Below, in pieces: positions 1 to 9,433 of a stretch of 64,000 bases of DNA (the stretch's first letter is position 1; each line of letters opens with the position of its first letter). Under the pieces are notes generated by a model. The model did no database searches, was not told where the DNA came from, and saw only the letters and a list, made by a program, of their open reading frames with translations. Made by a program: the position numbers and the translations under genes. Source of the DNA: Acidimicrobiales bacterium (lineage in GTDB: Bacteria; Actinomycetota; Acidimicrobiia; Acidimicrobiales; JBOGIG01); the NCBI GenBank assembly GCA_050742455.1, contig JBOGIG010000111.1, forward strand, positions 3,537 to 67,536, written 5' to 3'.

Positions 1-897
1 CTGCCCCGCGGCGGGACGATCCTGGGCACATCGCGGACCAATCCTTACAAGCTGGAAGGGGGCGAAGAGGCTTGTCTGGCCACGGTGGCTCAATTGGGCC
101 TGGGGGCCCTGGTGGCCATCGGCGGAGAGGACACCCTGGGCGTGGCGGCCCGCCTGGCCAATCGGGGGGTGCCCGTTGTGGGGGTGCCCAAGACCATCGA
201 CAACGACCTGTCTGCAACCGAAGTCACCTTTGGTTTCCACACCGCGGTCCAAATTGCCACCGACGCCATCGACCGCCTGCACACCACCGCCGAAGCACAC
301 GATCGTGTGATCGTGTGCGAGGTCATGGGCCGCCACGCCGGTTGGATCGCCACCTATGCCGGGATCGCCGGCGGAGCGGCCGAAGTCCTGGTACCCGAGC
401 AGCCCTTCGACATCGAAGAGGTCTGTGCCAACCTGGTCCATCGCCACGCCAAAGGCCGGTTTGCCTCGATTGTGGTCGTGGCCGAAGGAGCCCGTCCTCG
501 AGCTGGGACCATGCCGGTGGCGTCGGGAGCCGACAACCCTGCGGCCATGGGGGATCCGGTCAGTCCCGAGGTGGTGGAACTGGACCAGTTCGGTCATGTG
601 CGCCTGGGGGGGATCGCCAACATCCTGGCCGCCGAGATAGAGCGTCGGACCGGTTTCGAATCACGGGTGACCATCCTGGGCCACACCCAACGCGGCGGCA
701 CCCCGACCGCCTTCGATAGGGTGCTGGCCACCCGGTTCGGCATCGCCGCCATCGACGCCGTAAATGACGGCGATTTTGCCAAGATGGTTGCGCTCCAGTC
801 GGGACGGATAGTCCGTGTCCCGCTGGCCGATGCCGTGGCCCAACTCAAAACGGTGGATCCCGATCTGCTCGGCGTGGCCGAGGTGTTCTTCGGGTGA
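1..897 (+). CDS. pfkA: 6-phosphofructokinase (PfkA family), 5'-truncated by window edge
   Basis: Frame 1 is open from nt 1. Contains GGTILGTSRTNP, VGVPKTIDNDL and VMGRHAGWIA motifs typical of PfkA-family phosphofructokinases. Stop at 895-897. Confidence 0.9.
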   Translation: MPRGGTILGTSRTNPYKLEGGEEACLATVAQLGLGALVAIGGEDTLGVAARLANRGVPVVGVPKTIDNDLSATEVTFGFHTAVQIATDAIDRLHTTAEAHDRVIVCEVMGRHAGWIATYAGIAGGAAEVLVPEQPFDIEEVCANLVHRHAKGRFASIVVVAEGARPRAGTMPVASGADNPAAMGDPVSPEVVELDQFGHVRLGGIANILAAEIERRTGFESRVTILGHTQRGGTPTAFDRVLATRFGIAAIDAVNDGDFAKMVALQSGRIVRVPLADAVAQLKTVDPDLLGVAEVFFG

Positions 898-904
898 CCG
901 CAGC

Positions 905-1807
905 TCAGGGATCCTCGGGGCAGTCGTAGGCTGCGGCCAAAAGAGCAACCAGCTCTGCCTCCAATCCCGGGGCGGCGGCCACGGTGATGATCAAAGGCGG
1001 ATCTCCCGGGAGGCCCGGCGCCGGCAATTCAACCAGTTTGGCCCCCGCTTCTTGGGCGATGAGCGATCCAGCGGCCTTGTCCCATGGGGCCAGGCCGGCC
1101 TCCCAGAACCCGTCGAGACGCCCGGCGCCCACCCAGCACAGGTCCAAGGCGGCCGATCCGATGCGTCGGATGTCCCGGACCTGATGGACGATCTTGGTCA
1201 GGGCCTGTCCCTGGAGCATCCGGACGGCCGGGTCGTAGGAAAATCCCGTCGCCATCAACGCCTCCGCCAACCCTGGCCCGGGAGCCACTCCGAGAGGTCC
1301 GGGAGCCACTCCGATAGGTATCGACTCCGGATTATCCCCGCCACCTGGACCCGACACCGATGGCGACCGGGTGAGGTAGGCGCCCCGGCCCCGAACGGCC
1401 GAGAACGTCTCGCCGGTCAGAGGTTGGTGCACCACCCCGACCACGGACCGACCCTGGTCGTCTTGCAGGGCGATGGAGACAGCCCAGGCCGGGTGGCCGT
1501 AGAGGTAGTTGGTAGTCCCGTCGAGGGGATCGACAACCCAGGTGTATCCGGATGGGCCCGACTTGGCCGCCCCCTCCTCTCCCAGGATCGAATCATCGGG
1601 GCGGCTTCGGTGCAGTCCGGCCACGATGTGAGCCTCAGAAGCGGTGTCCATGTCACTGACCATGTCGGTGGCCGATGACTTGGTTCTGATTGAGGAGCGG
1701 GGTCCTTCGAAGCCGATCAATAAGAGCCGGCCCGCTGACTGGGCCAGCTCGAGGGCCACATCCAGGGCACCCGGCGGTCCGGCGTCATCGGCGATGGGCA
1801 CGCTCAA
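905..1807 (-). CDS. inositol monophosphatase family protein (SuhB/ImpA/HisN-like)
   Basis: 300-aa ORF with the WVVDPLDGTTNY metal-binding signature and the overall IMPase pattern. Confidence 0.85.
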   Translation of the reverse strand: MSVPIADDAGPPGALDVALELAQSAGRLLLIGFEGPRSSIRTKSSATDMVSDMDTASEAHIVAGLHRSRPDDSILGEEGAAKSGPSGYTWVVDPLDGTTNYLYGHPAWAVSIALQDDQGRSVVGVVHQPLTGETFSAVRGRGAYLTRSPSVSGPGGGDNPESIPIGVAPGPLGVAPGPGLAEALMATGFSYDPAVRMLQGQALTKIVHQVRDIRRIGSAALDLCWVGAGRLDGFWEAGLAPWDKAAGSLIAQEAGAKLVELPAPGLPGDPPLIITVAAAPGLEAELVALLAAAYDCPEDP

Positions 1808-1857
1808 TTGTCTAGCCCCCTCGCCGAGGGCCGGGCCAGGAACCCTAGGCTTAGCGA

Positions 1858-2886
1858 ATGACCGGAACGAATGGCGCCATGGTTGACCTCCGTTCGGATA
1901 CCGTCACCCAGCCCACCGAGGCCATGCGCCGGGCCATGGCCAGCGCCGAGGTGGGCGACGACGTCTACGGGGAGGATCCCACCGTCAATCGGCTGGAGGA
2001 GGCCTTCGCCGACCGGCTGGGCATGGGGGCTGCCCTCTTCGTGCCCAGCGGCACCATGGCCAATCAGATCGCCCTGCGCCTCCTTTACCAGCCTGGCACA
2101 GTGGCCGTGGCGGGTAGGAGGCAGCACGTGGTCATCTATGAGGGCGCAGCCTCGGCCCGCAACAGCGGGGTGGCGTTTCTCGAGGTCGACGACACCGGGG
2201 GAGGATGGGACCCGGTCTGGGTGCAGTGGGCAAAGGACTCGGCCCAGCATCACCAACCCCGGCCCAGCGTGGCCTGTGTGGAGAACACCCATATGGCTTC
2301 GGGCGGGCTCATCTGGGACATCGAGGATCTGGCCCGCTTGTCTCCGTCGGACACCGGGGTGGCGCTGCACATGGATGGGGCCCGGCTGTTCAACGCCGAG
2401 GTGGCGACAGGAGTGGCGGCCTCTTCGTGGGCGAAACTTGCCACCACCGTCATGTGCTGTCTGTCCAAGGGTCTGTGTGCCCCGGTGGGATCACTTCTGG
2501 CCGGACCGGTGGATCTGGTGGGTGAGGCCCGGGCCGAGAGGTCGCGCCTAGGGGGATCCATGCGTCAGGCCGGGATCGTGGCCGCCGCCGGGTTGGTGGC
2601 TTTGGACGCCATGGTGGACCGCCTGAGCGAGGACCACGTCCGGGCCAACCGATTGGCGGAGGGTGTCGGAGCCCGATGGGATGTCATGGGAGCATCGAAT
2701 GGAGCCGTGGCCTCCAACATGGTGGTTTTCCCCCACCCTGACACCGACGGCCTCGAGCGCCACATGAGGGGATCGGGTGTTCTGGTGGGAACCATCGCTC
2801 CGGGAATCGTGCGCCTGGTCACCCATGCCGATGTCGACGACGCCGGCATCGAAAGAGCCCTCCGGGCACTCTCCGAGGCGCCTTGA
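1858..2886 (+). CDS. ltaE: low-specificity L-threonine aldolase
   Basis: N-terminal [11 protein letters not shown]...[11 protein letters not shown]...GTMANQ pattern of PLP-dependent threonine aldolases. The start could be the internal ATG at 1879. Confidence 0.85.
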   Translation: MTGTNGAMVDLRSDTVTQPTEAMRRAMASAEVGDDVYGEDPTVNRLEEAFADRLGMGAALFVPSGTMANQIALRLLYQPGTVAVAGRRQHVVIYEGAASARNSGVAFLEVDDTGGGWDPVWVQWAKDSAQHHQPRPSVACVENTHMASGGLIWDIEDLARLSPSDTGVALHMDGARLFNAEVATGVAASSWAKLATTVMCCLSKGLCAPVGSLLAGPVDLVGEARAERSRLGGSMRQAGIVAAAGLVALDAMVDRLSEDHVRANRLAEGVGARWDVMGASNGAVASNMVVFPHPDTDGLERHMRGSGVLVGTIAPGIVRLVTHADVDDAGIERALRALSEAP

Positions 2887-2905
2887 ACCTGGCTACGCTC
2901 GGAGG

Positions 2906-3616
2906 GTGGCCGAAGTTGTCGATTCCGTTCCCGAGGTGGCATTGGCCATATATGCCCACCCGGACGACGCCGAGGTGTCCTGTGGAGGCACCCTGGCCTC
3001 ATGGGCCAAGGCCGGTTCCCACATCGAGGTACTGATCTGCAACCTCGGCGACAAGGGCACCACCGTTGTCGGTGTCGACTCGGCCGATCTGTCCCGCCGC
3101 CGGGCCGATGAGGTGGCTCACGCGGCGCAGGTGCTGGGTCTTGACGGGCACGAGAATCTGGGCATACCGGATGGGGAGCTGGAGAACACACCGGACCTGC
3201 GCCGGAGGCTGGTTTCGGTGATCCGGCGCGTGCGTCCGACGGTGCTGGTATGTCCTGACCCGCTGGCCGTGTTCTTCGGACAGGATTATTACAATCATCG
3301 GGATCACCGGATCGCCGGTTGGGCATCCCTTGATGCCGCATCCCCGGCCGCCGCCTTGCCGTTGTACTTCTCCGAGGAAGGGCCACCTCATCAGGTGGCA
3401 ACCATCTATCTCTCGGGGACGTTGGAGCCCGACGTTTGGGTTGACATCTCTGCCACTCTGGATACCAAGATCGAAGCCCTGCTGTGTCATGCCAGCCAGT
3501 TGGACGACCCGGGCGAGTGGCTGCGACGGGTGGTCCGACAACGGGCCGAGGAGGGAGGCCGAAGTGCCGGGGTGGCCTTTGCCGAGGGGTTCCGACGCCT
3601 TCGATTGATGGACTGA
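2906..3616 (+). CDS. PIG-L family deacetylase (LmbE-like)
   Basis: AIYAHPDDAEVSCGGTLA motif (AHPDD). The longest ORF starts at 2777 but overlaps ltaE by 110 nt. The in-frame GTG at 2906, just after the ltaE stop, was chosen instead. Confidence 0.8.
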   Translation: MAEVVDSVPEVALAIYAHPDDAEVSCGGTLASWAKAGSHIEVLICNLGDKGTTVVGVDSADLSRRRADEVAHAAQVLGLDGHENLGIPDGELENTPDLRRRLVSVIRRVRPTVLVCPDPLAVFFGQDYYNHRDHRIAGWASLDAASPAAALPLYFSEEGPPHQVATIYLSGTLEPDVWVDISATLDTKIEALLCHASQLDDPGEWLRRVVRQRAEEGGRSAGVAFAEGFRRLRLMD

Positions 3617-3629
3617 CGCCGGCGCAGCC

Positions 3630-5201
3630 GTGAATGAGACCGGTCCCCCCGCATCCGGCTTACCCGAACCCGAGATCCTCCACGTCGACATGGATGCGTT
3701 CTTTGCCGCCGTCGAAGTTCTCGATGCCCCGCACCTGGCCGGATCGGCGGTCGTGGTGGGCGGGATCGGCGCCCGAGGGGTGGTGGCCTCTTGTTCGTAT
3801 GAGGCGCGGGCCAAGGGCGTCGGATCGGCCATGCCCATGGCCAGAGCCCGGAGTCTGTGTCCGGAGGCGACCTTCATCCAGGGGCGCCACGGGCGCTACG
3901 CCGAAATCTCCCGGATGCTGCATGAGGTTCTGGAAGGTTTCACGCCGCTCGTGGAGGGGATCGCCCTCGACGAGGCGTTCCTGGACGTGAGCGGCGCCCA
4001 TCTGATCTTCGGTGCCTCCGAGGAGATCGCCTGGTCCGTGCGGGCCCGAGTCCGCCAGGAGTTGGGTCTGTGGTGCTCGGTGGGTGTGGCCGCCACAAAG
4101 TTGGTGGCCAAGCTGGCCTCGGAGCATGCCAAGCCAACCCCGAGCGCGCTCGGGGTGTCCGATGGAGCTGGCGTCGTGGTGGTACGGCCCGGCCGGGAAG
4201 TCGAGTTTCTCCACCCCCAGCCCATCCGCCACCTATGGGGCGTAGGTCCCGCAACGGCAAAGCGCCTGAGACGCTTCGGGGTCTCCACCATCGGCGACCT
4301 GGCTCTTGTGCCCCCTTCCAGTCTCGTCAACGCCTTGGGCCCCTCGGCCGGGCGTTCGCTTCACGACCTGGCCTGGGGTCGAGATGCCCGCCCGGTGGTG
4401 TCCTCGCGACCGGTCAAGTCGGTCGGACACGAAGAGACCTTTGCTCTCGATGAGAGGGATCCGGTGCGCCTGGGTGGCCATGTGGTCAGGATGTCCGACG
4501 CTGTGGCATCCCGACTGAGGGACAATTGCCTGGCCGGTCGGACGGTGACTCTCAAGGTGAGATTCGCGGACTTTCGGACACTTACCCGCTCCCTCACGTT
4601 GTCGGACCCGTGCCGTTCCGGTCCCGAGATCGCCAGGGTGGCGGCCGGATTGCTGGCCCGCCTCGATGTGCATGAAGGGGTCCGCCTCCTCGGGGTAGCC
4701 ATGGCCCAGTTGAGCCCTTGGCCGCCAACTGACGTTCCCGCCGGCCAATTACCCGATCCGAGGGACCCGGCCATTCCGCCGCCGAGCCGAGTCTCCAAAA
4801 CGACCCCAACCGATGCGGCAGTGGCGCTTAGCTTCGATGATATCGACGATCCGACAGCCCAACCGGGCGCCCACCAGGATTGGGCCGGCCGTGGCGTCGC
4901 ATCGGCCCGGGCCAGGGCCCAGGCCACCGACGTCACCGATGCCGTCCGACGGCGCTTCGGTGAGAGCTCACTGGGGCCGGCGGCACTGATTGACGGGGGC
5001 CGTCTCCGTGTAAAATCAAAAGGCGACGCCCAGTGGGGACCGAGGCTGGATTCGATTGACGATGCCGATGCTCGAGACGGACAAAGGGTTCCGGAGAAAG
5101 GGCCAGGCACAGACTCGCCCGGCGAAGAGTTGCTCGGCGAAGAAGCGCTCGACAAGGACTCGCTCGACAGAGAATCGCTCGACAGGGACTCGCCCGGCTA
5201 A
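3630..5201 (+). CDS. dinB: DNA polymerase IV (Y-family) with extended acidic C-terminal tail
   Basis: LHVDMDAFFAAVE, SCSYEARAKGV and the little-finger region are present. The last about 60 aa are a low-complexity acidic tail encoded by 15-bp periodic repeats. Confidence 0.9.
   Translation: MNETGPPASGLPEPEILHVDMDAFFAAVEVLDAPHLAGSAVVVGGIGARGVVASCSYEARAKGVGSAMPMARARSLCPEATFIQGRHGRYAEISRMLHEVLEGFTPLVEGIALDEAFLDVSGAHLIFGASEEIAWSVRARVRQELGLWCSVGVAATKLVAKLASEHAKPTPSALGVSDGAGVVVVRPGREVEFLHPQPIRHLWGVGPATAKRLRRFGVSTIGDLALVPPSSLVNALGPSAGRSLHDLAWGRDARPVVSSRPVKSVGHEETFALDERDPVRLGGHVVRMSDAVASRLRDNCLAGRTVTLKVRFADFRTLTRSLTLSDPCRSGPEIARVAAGLLARLDVHEGVRLLGVAMAQLSPWPPTDVPAGQLPDPRDPAIPPPSRVSKTTPTDAAVALSFDDIDDPTAQPGAHQDWAGRGVASARARAQATDVTDAVRRRFGESSLGPAALIDGGRLRVKSKGDAQWGPRLDSIDDADARDGQRVPEKGPGTDSPGEELLGEEALDKDSLDRESLDRDSPG
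5124..5191. repeat. imperfect 15-bp periodic tandem repeats inside the dinB 3' end
   Basis: GCTCGACAAGGACTC / GCTCGACAGAGAATC / GCTCGACAGGGACTC at 5147-5191, preceded by GAAGAGTTGCTCGGC / GAAGAAGCGCTCGAC. Confidence 0.8.
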
Positions 5202-5440
5202 GGGTGGGCCCGCGAAAGATGGGCGGCCCAAAGCTGGTGGTGGCGCCCCCAGACCTCTCGATGCGAGATACTGTGGCCTTGATCATGACTTTGGGGAACG
5301 ATTTCGGCCCGACGGGGGGAATCTCCGCCAACTCCACGATGGGGAAATTTGCCCCACGCGTTGTTGTCGTCCCCTGGCTGCGCGATTATTTAGGTGTGGG
5401 CCCTTGGGTGCTCACGCCAGGGCAGTAGAAGGGATCGGCA

Positions 5441-5815
5441 GTGCCGCTATCTGAAGATGAACAGCGGATTCTCCATGAGATCGAGCAGAACTTCTACGAA
5501 CAAGATCCCGAGTTCGCCGATCGGGTGCGGTCCGAGACCGTCTACCGCCATGCCGGTCGCAACTGCTGGTGGGCCGGAGTCGGCTTCCTGGCCGGCTTGG
5601 CCATCCTGCTCATCTCCTTCACCACCTCCCTGATATTGGGCCTGGCCGGATTTCTGATCATGTTGTTCTCGCTGCTGGTCATCGAGCGCAACCTGCGTCG
5701 AATGGGCAAGGCGGGGTGGCACCAGGTGTCTCAGTCGATGCGAGCCCAACGGGTGTCTGAGACCTGGATCGATGCCCGACGCCGGGCCCGGGACCGCTTC
5801 AAGCGGGACCAGTAG
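5441..5815 (+). CDS. DUF3040-type small membrane protein
   Basis: GTG start. The N-terminal PLSEDEQRILHEIEQNFYEQDPEFA followed by two hydrophobic helices is the typical DUF3040 layout. Confidence 0.7.
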   Translation: MPLSEDEQRILHEIEQNFYEQDPEFADRVRSETVYRHAGRNCWWAGVGFLAGLAILLISFTTSLILGLAGFLIMLFSLLVIERNLRRMGKAGWHQVSQSMRAQRVSETWIDARRRARDRFKRDQ

Positions 5816-8043
5816 TCCAATCGGGCCCAGGTGTCTCGGGGACGAAGCATCTCTCGGCGTAGCAATTGGCGTTTGGGCGTGTGCCTGCGGGCCTGGCCGC
5901 GGATTACCGCCGATGCCTCTCGGGCCGAGCGAACCGCTTGGTGGTTCATCATCTCGGGTCCGTAGCAGGCCTCCTGGGCGGCTGCCGCCAGCGATACCAT
6001 CGCGCTCACTTCGAGGGCAGCCAGGCGGCGCGCATACGCGGCCATGGTCTCGGCGCTGTGGCGGGGATGGCCGGACAGTGCCAGGGAGCGCTCGGCGTCG
6101 GCCCAAGCCCCGGTGATCTGGCCCAGGGGATCGGACCGCCGCCGGCGTCCGATTTCGACGAAAGTCAGCACGAGGCCCAGAAGCAGCCAACCCAGTACGG
6201 ACAGGGCAATTACCAAGAGCCCGACGACCAGGTCATGGCCGACGTCGAGGCCAGACGAGCGACCATGGGTCTGACCACTGGGGTCGACACCCTTGACTCC
6301 GTGAGAGCGGCCCCCTGCGGGCGATGCCGGTGAGGAAGAGGCGGCCGGAACGGTTGTCGCTGCTCCGGGGGCTCCGGCAATCGCGCCCTGGGGCGACTGG
6401 GCCGGGCGGACTCCGGTGTAGGACTGGTCCCCGGGCTGGCCCCGTCCCGGCGTGGGCTCGAAGCTGACCCACCCGAATTGTCCCATCCACACCTCAGGCC
6501 AAGCGTGGGCGTCCGCCCCGGTGACGTGATAGCGCCCATCGGGGCCGAGGCGGCCGGGAGTGAAGCCCACCGCCACCCGGGTGGGGAGCCCGGCCAGTCG
6601 GGCCATGACCGCGAACGTTCCGGCGAACTGCTCGCAGTATCCCCGCTTGGAATCAAGGAAATCGACCATGGCCGAATCCGAGTGACCGGCCGGGACGTTG
6701 AGGTCGTAGGTGAAGTTCTGCCGGAAGTAGCTCTGTAGGGCCAGTGCCCGTGAATACGCAGTGTTGTGGCCTCGGATGACAGTGTCGGTGAGGTTTATGA
6801 CCCGTGCCGGTATCCCCGGTGGTAGTCCCAGGTTGGCCACAGCGACCGGTCCGTACTCATTGATGCGGGCCTGGGCCAGCTGGGTCGGGCTGTATCGGGG
6901 AATCTGTGAGAAGACCTCGTAGTCGGAATGGTCGGAGCTCGACCCCGAGGTCAGGACGCTCCCGGTGCCCGCACTGTAGGCAACCGAGGCTCTGTCCCTT
7001 ATCGAAACGGGCTGCCACGCGGCCGGAAGCCATACGGAATTGAGCTTGGAGATCGCAAAGTGCTGATCGAGCGTCGAGAACGACATGGCCACGGGCAGCC
7101 TGGCGGGCAAAGCGTTGGGATCGAGCACGTAGGACCCTGATGACGACCAAACGTTGCCGTCAAAATGATCCAGGGAGGTCAAGCGCCAGTACGCCGGAGC
7201 CGGCGATGCCACCGTGAACAACTCGGTGTTGCCTTCCTCGATCAGGCGGCCCCTTATGTCGACCAGCGGGCTGATAGTGGTGCGAGAGCTCAGTCCGGAA
7301 TTGTCCCCGCCCCTGGTGTGGATGAGCCCGACCGCCCCTGCCCCGGGGAGACTGGGGCCCACGATGACACCTGCCAGAAGGGCTACGATCCCCAGGCTCG
7401 CGGCCGCCGTGCGGGCCGGGGTCTGGCGCCCTCCGAGTCGACCCAGGGCGGCCGACCGGGCGATGCCCTCGCTGCCTGGACGGGGGTGACGGGCCAGCAC
7501 CAGATAGGCAAGTACCGCCGCCATCCAAGCTGCGGTGGACAGGGCTTGGCCTCGGCCGGCGCCCAGATCGCAGGTAAATACGAAGATAGCGAATGGGGCG
7601 GTCAAGGCCCCGATGTCGGCCTGGTGGCGAAATGCGGCCCAGTCTGCCCATATGGCGCTCGCACCCACGGCGATCATGGCAATGAATAAGAATCCTGGCC
7701 CGGCGTGCACCGGCGCTTGTAGCTGATGAAAATTGACCGCGCTGCGGGAAAGTGCCGAGCCCACAGCATCCCAGGTGCGGATCGTGGGAAGTCCCCACGA
7801 AGTGCTTTGGGCAAAATTCACCCATATCCCCACCAGCATCACTCCGATGCCGACGACCGTCAGCGACAGCCCGGCTCGTAGCCGGTAACGCCTGCCCAGG
7901 TAGGAAAGGCCATGCCCGACAACCATCGTGGCCAACAGTGGGGGCAAGAATCCTGTACCTCGGAACACCCGCGCGAAGTTTGCCGCCGTCATGGCGGTCA
8001 CGGCCACTAGAGCCAATTGGACCTTCGGGCTCGCCCTAGCCAC
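5731..8043 (-). CDS. transglutaminase-domain integral membrane protein
   Basis: Multiple N-terminal TM helices. Transglutaminase core: KRGYCEQFAGTFAVMARLAGLPTRVAVGF...DAHAWPEVW. The longest ORF starts at 8139. The GTG at 8043, 11 nt after the DUF58 stop, is preferred. Confidence 0.8.
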   Translation of the reverse strand: MARASPKVQLALVAVTAMTAANFARVFRGTGFLPPLLATMVVGHGLSYLGRRYRLRAGLSLTVVGIGVMLVGIWVNFAQSTSWGLPTIRTWDAVGSALSRSAVNFHQLQAPVHAGPGFLFIAMIAVGASAIWADWAAFRHQADIGALTAPFAIFVFTCDLGAGRGQALSTAAWMAAVLAYLVLARHPRPGSEGIARSAALGRLGGRQTPARTAAASLGIVALLAGVIVGPSLPGAGAVGLIHTRGGDNSGLSSRTTISPLVDIRGRLIEEGNTELFTVASPAPAYWRLTSLDHFDGNVWSSSGSYVLDPNALPARLPVAMSFSTLDQHFAISKLNSVWLPAAWQPVSIRDRASVAYSAGTGSVLTSGSSSDHSDYEVFSQIPRYSPTQLAQARINEYGPVAVANLGLPPGIPARVINLTDTVIRGHNTAYSRALALQSYFRQNFTYDLNVPAGHSDSAMVDFLDSKRGYCEQFAGTFAVMARLAGLPTRVAVGFTPGRLGPDGRYHVTGADAHAWPEVWMGQFGWVSFEPTPGRGQPGDQSYTGVRPAQSPQGAIAGAPGAATTVPAASSSPASPAGGRSHGVKGVDPSGQTHGRSSGLDVGHDLVVGLLVIALSVLGWLLLGLVLTFVEIGRRRRSDPLGQITGAWADAERSLALSGHPRHSAETMAAYARRLAALEVSAMVSLAAAAQEACYGPEMMNHQAVRSAREASAVIRGQARRHTPKRQLLRREMLRPRDTWARLDYWSRLKRSRARRRASIQVSDTRWARID

Positions 8044-8070
8044 TGCGGCTCGCCCTAGCCACTGCGGCTC
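8028..8070. repeat. perfect 19-bp tandem duplication of the DUF58/transglutaminase gene junction
   Basis: GGCTCGCCCTAGCCACTGC occurs at 8028-8046 and 8047-8065, followed by a partial third copy GGCTC. Confidence 0.9.
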
Positions 8071-9428
8071 GGCACGACGCCGGTCGTGCGTTGTCCAGCG
8101 GCCCCGAAAGGATGGCCTTGGCCCAGGGCGTCGTCCCAAGCCTGGCTAAATGACTCCCCGGCCAGAAAAGAGATGGTGCGAACCCCGGGCGTCAACGACT
8201 CCAGGGGCCGGTCAGAGCCCGGTGTCGAGCGGCCCGAACCCGATGTCGAACGGTCAGAGCCCGGTGTCGAGCGGCCCGAACCCGATGTCGAACGGCCCGA
8301 ATCATCCGAACCATCGTTGCTCCATCCGTAGGTGGCCGGATCCCAGCCGGGCCGGGCCACTGTCACCAGGGTTACGTCCCGGTACCACCTTGTCATCCCG
8401 GCCATGCGGTCCAGGTCATCGGGCGGACCAGGAGTGGCGCTGACGATCACGATGCTGGCGTCTCGCCCAGGGGATCGCAGTCCGGCCAAAAGGCCATCAG
8501 CGGTTTGATCTGGGACCATTCGGGCCAGGGCCAGGTGCATCAGGATTGCTTCGAGATGGTTGGAGCCGGCGCCGAACCCGGAACTGAACCCGTCCCCGCT
8601 GACCAGCCGGGTCAGGCATCCGGGTCGATCGGCGGCCAGGATCGAAGCCGCGGCGCTAACGGCGGCCTCCAGGGTGTCGGGGCTGTGCACCACGCGGCGC
8701 AGGTCGAGCGCCACGGTGAGGCGCTGGCGGTACTGGGTCTCTTCCTTGCGGATCATCAAGGCTCCGGTGCGGGCCACCGAGGGCCAGTGAACCCGTCGCA
8801 AGTCGTCACCGATCTCGTAGGGGCGTAGGGCGTGGAAGTCTTCGCCAGGTCCCGGTCGGGATCGGGAACGGGCCAAGCTGCCCCGTGACTCCTCCGTCCC
8901 GGCCAAGTCTTGAGCGTCCAGGCTCTCCAGGCGGGGATAGGCCAGGAATTGGGCCTCGCCGCCGCAGTCCGACCGGGTGCGCACCAGCCCAAATGCATCC
9001 TCGGCCTCGGTGCTGACCGGACCCAGACGATGCAAGCCCCGGGCTTGGCAGGCGATGTGATAGGAGAAACCGCCTTGGCCTTTGGATTCGATCCATCCAA
9101 GGGGTGCTTCCATTGGTGGCCGCCTCCGCCCCAGGTAGTCGATGGCGTGCAGCGATGGGGTAGCGCGGGGACCGAGGTTGGCCACGACCACATCTACGCT
9201 GACCTCATCCCCGACGTGGATCCGGGTGGGCGACACCGATCGTCGGGCCGACAGGCGCGGCCGGCGCCATTGGCTCTGGACCAGGCAGGCCCCCACCAAA
9301 CCGGCGCTGGCGACGGCAAGCATGTACAGCTCGACGATTCCGAACACCCGCCCGGCCGCCACAAGCCCCCCGGCTAGGGCCAGGGCCCGCCATCCCCGCC
9401 GGGTGGGAACGGGAGCGCCGCGTTTCAT
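8055..9428 (-). CDS. DUF58 domain protein (MoxR-associated)
   Basis: DFHALRPYEIGDDLRRVHWPSVARTGALMIRKEE signature of DUF58. It lies directly downstream of moxR. The C-terminal Ser/Gly/Arg-rich region is encoded by a 42-bp duplication. Confidence 0.85.
   Translation of the reverse strand: MKRGAPVPTRRGWRALALAGGLVAAGRVFGIVELYMLAVASAGLVGACLVQSQWRRPRLSARRSVSPTRIHVGDEVSVDVVVANLGPRATPSLHAIDYLGRRRPPMEAPLGWIESKGQGGFSYHIACQARGLHRLGPVSTEAEDAFGLVRTRSDCGGEAQFLAYPRLESLDAQDLAGTEESRGSLARSRSRPGPGEDFHALRPYEIGDDLRRVHWPSVARTGALMIRKEETQYRQRLTVALDLRRVVHSPDTLEAAVSAAASILAADRPGCLTRLVSGDGFSSGFGAGSNHLEAILMHLALARMVPDQTADGLLAGLRSPGRDASIVIVSATPGPPDDLDRMAGMTRWYRDVTLVTVARPGWDPATYGWSNDGSDDSGRSTSGSGRSTPGSDRSTSGSGRSTPGSDRPLESLTPGVRTISFLAGESFSQAWDDALGQGHPFGAAGQRTTGVVPSRSG
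8210..8293. repeat. perfect 42-bp x2 in-frame tandem repeat in the DUF58 3' region
   Basis: GGTCAGAGCCCGGTGTCGAGCGGCCCGAACCCGATGTCGAAC occurs at 8210-8251 and 8252-8293. It encodes the repeated segment of ...SGRSTSGSGRSTPGSDRSTSGSGRSTPGSDR... on the minus strand. Confidence 0.9.
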
Positions 9429-9433
9429 GACAC

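Noticed and set aside
2777-2905. A 43-codon N-terminal extension of the PIG-L deacetylase ORF overlapping ltaE.
   Set aside because: The extension overlaps the conserved ltaE C-terminus by 110 nt. The conserved PIG-L sequence begins just after the in-frame GTG at 2906.
5204-5428. A 74-aa ORF in the dinB-DUF3040 intergenic region.
   Set aside because: It has no recognisable motif and an atypical composition. The region (239 nt) more plausibly holds the DUF3040 promoter. No tRNA or known riboswitch signature was seen either.
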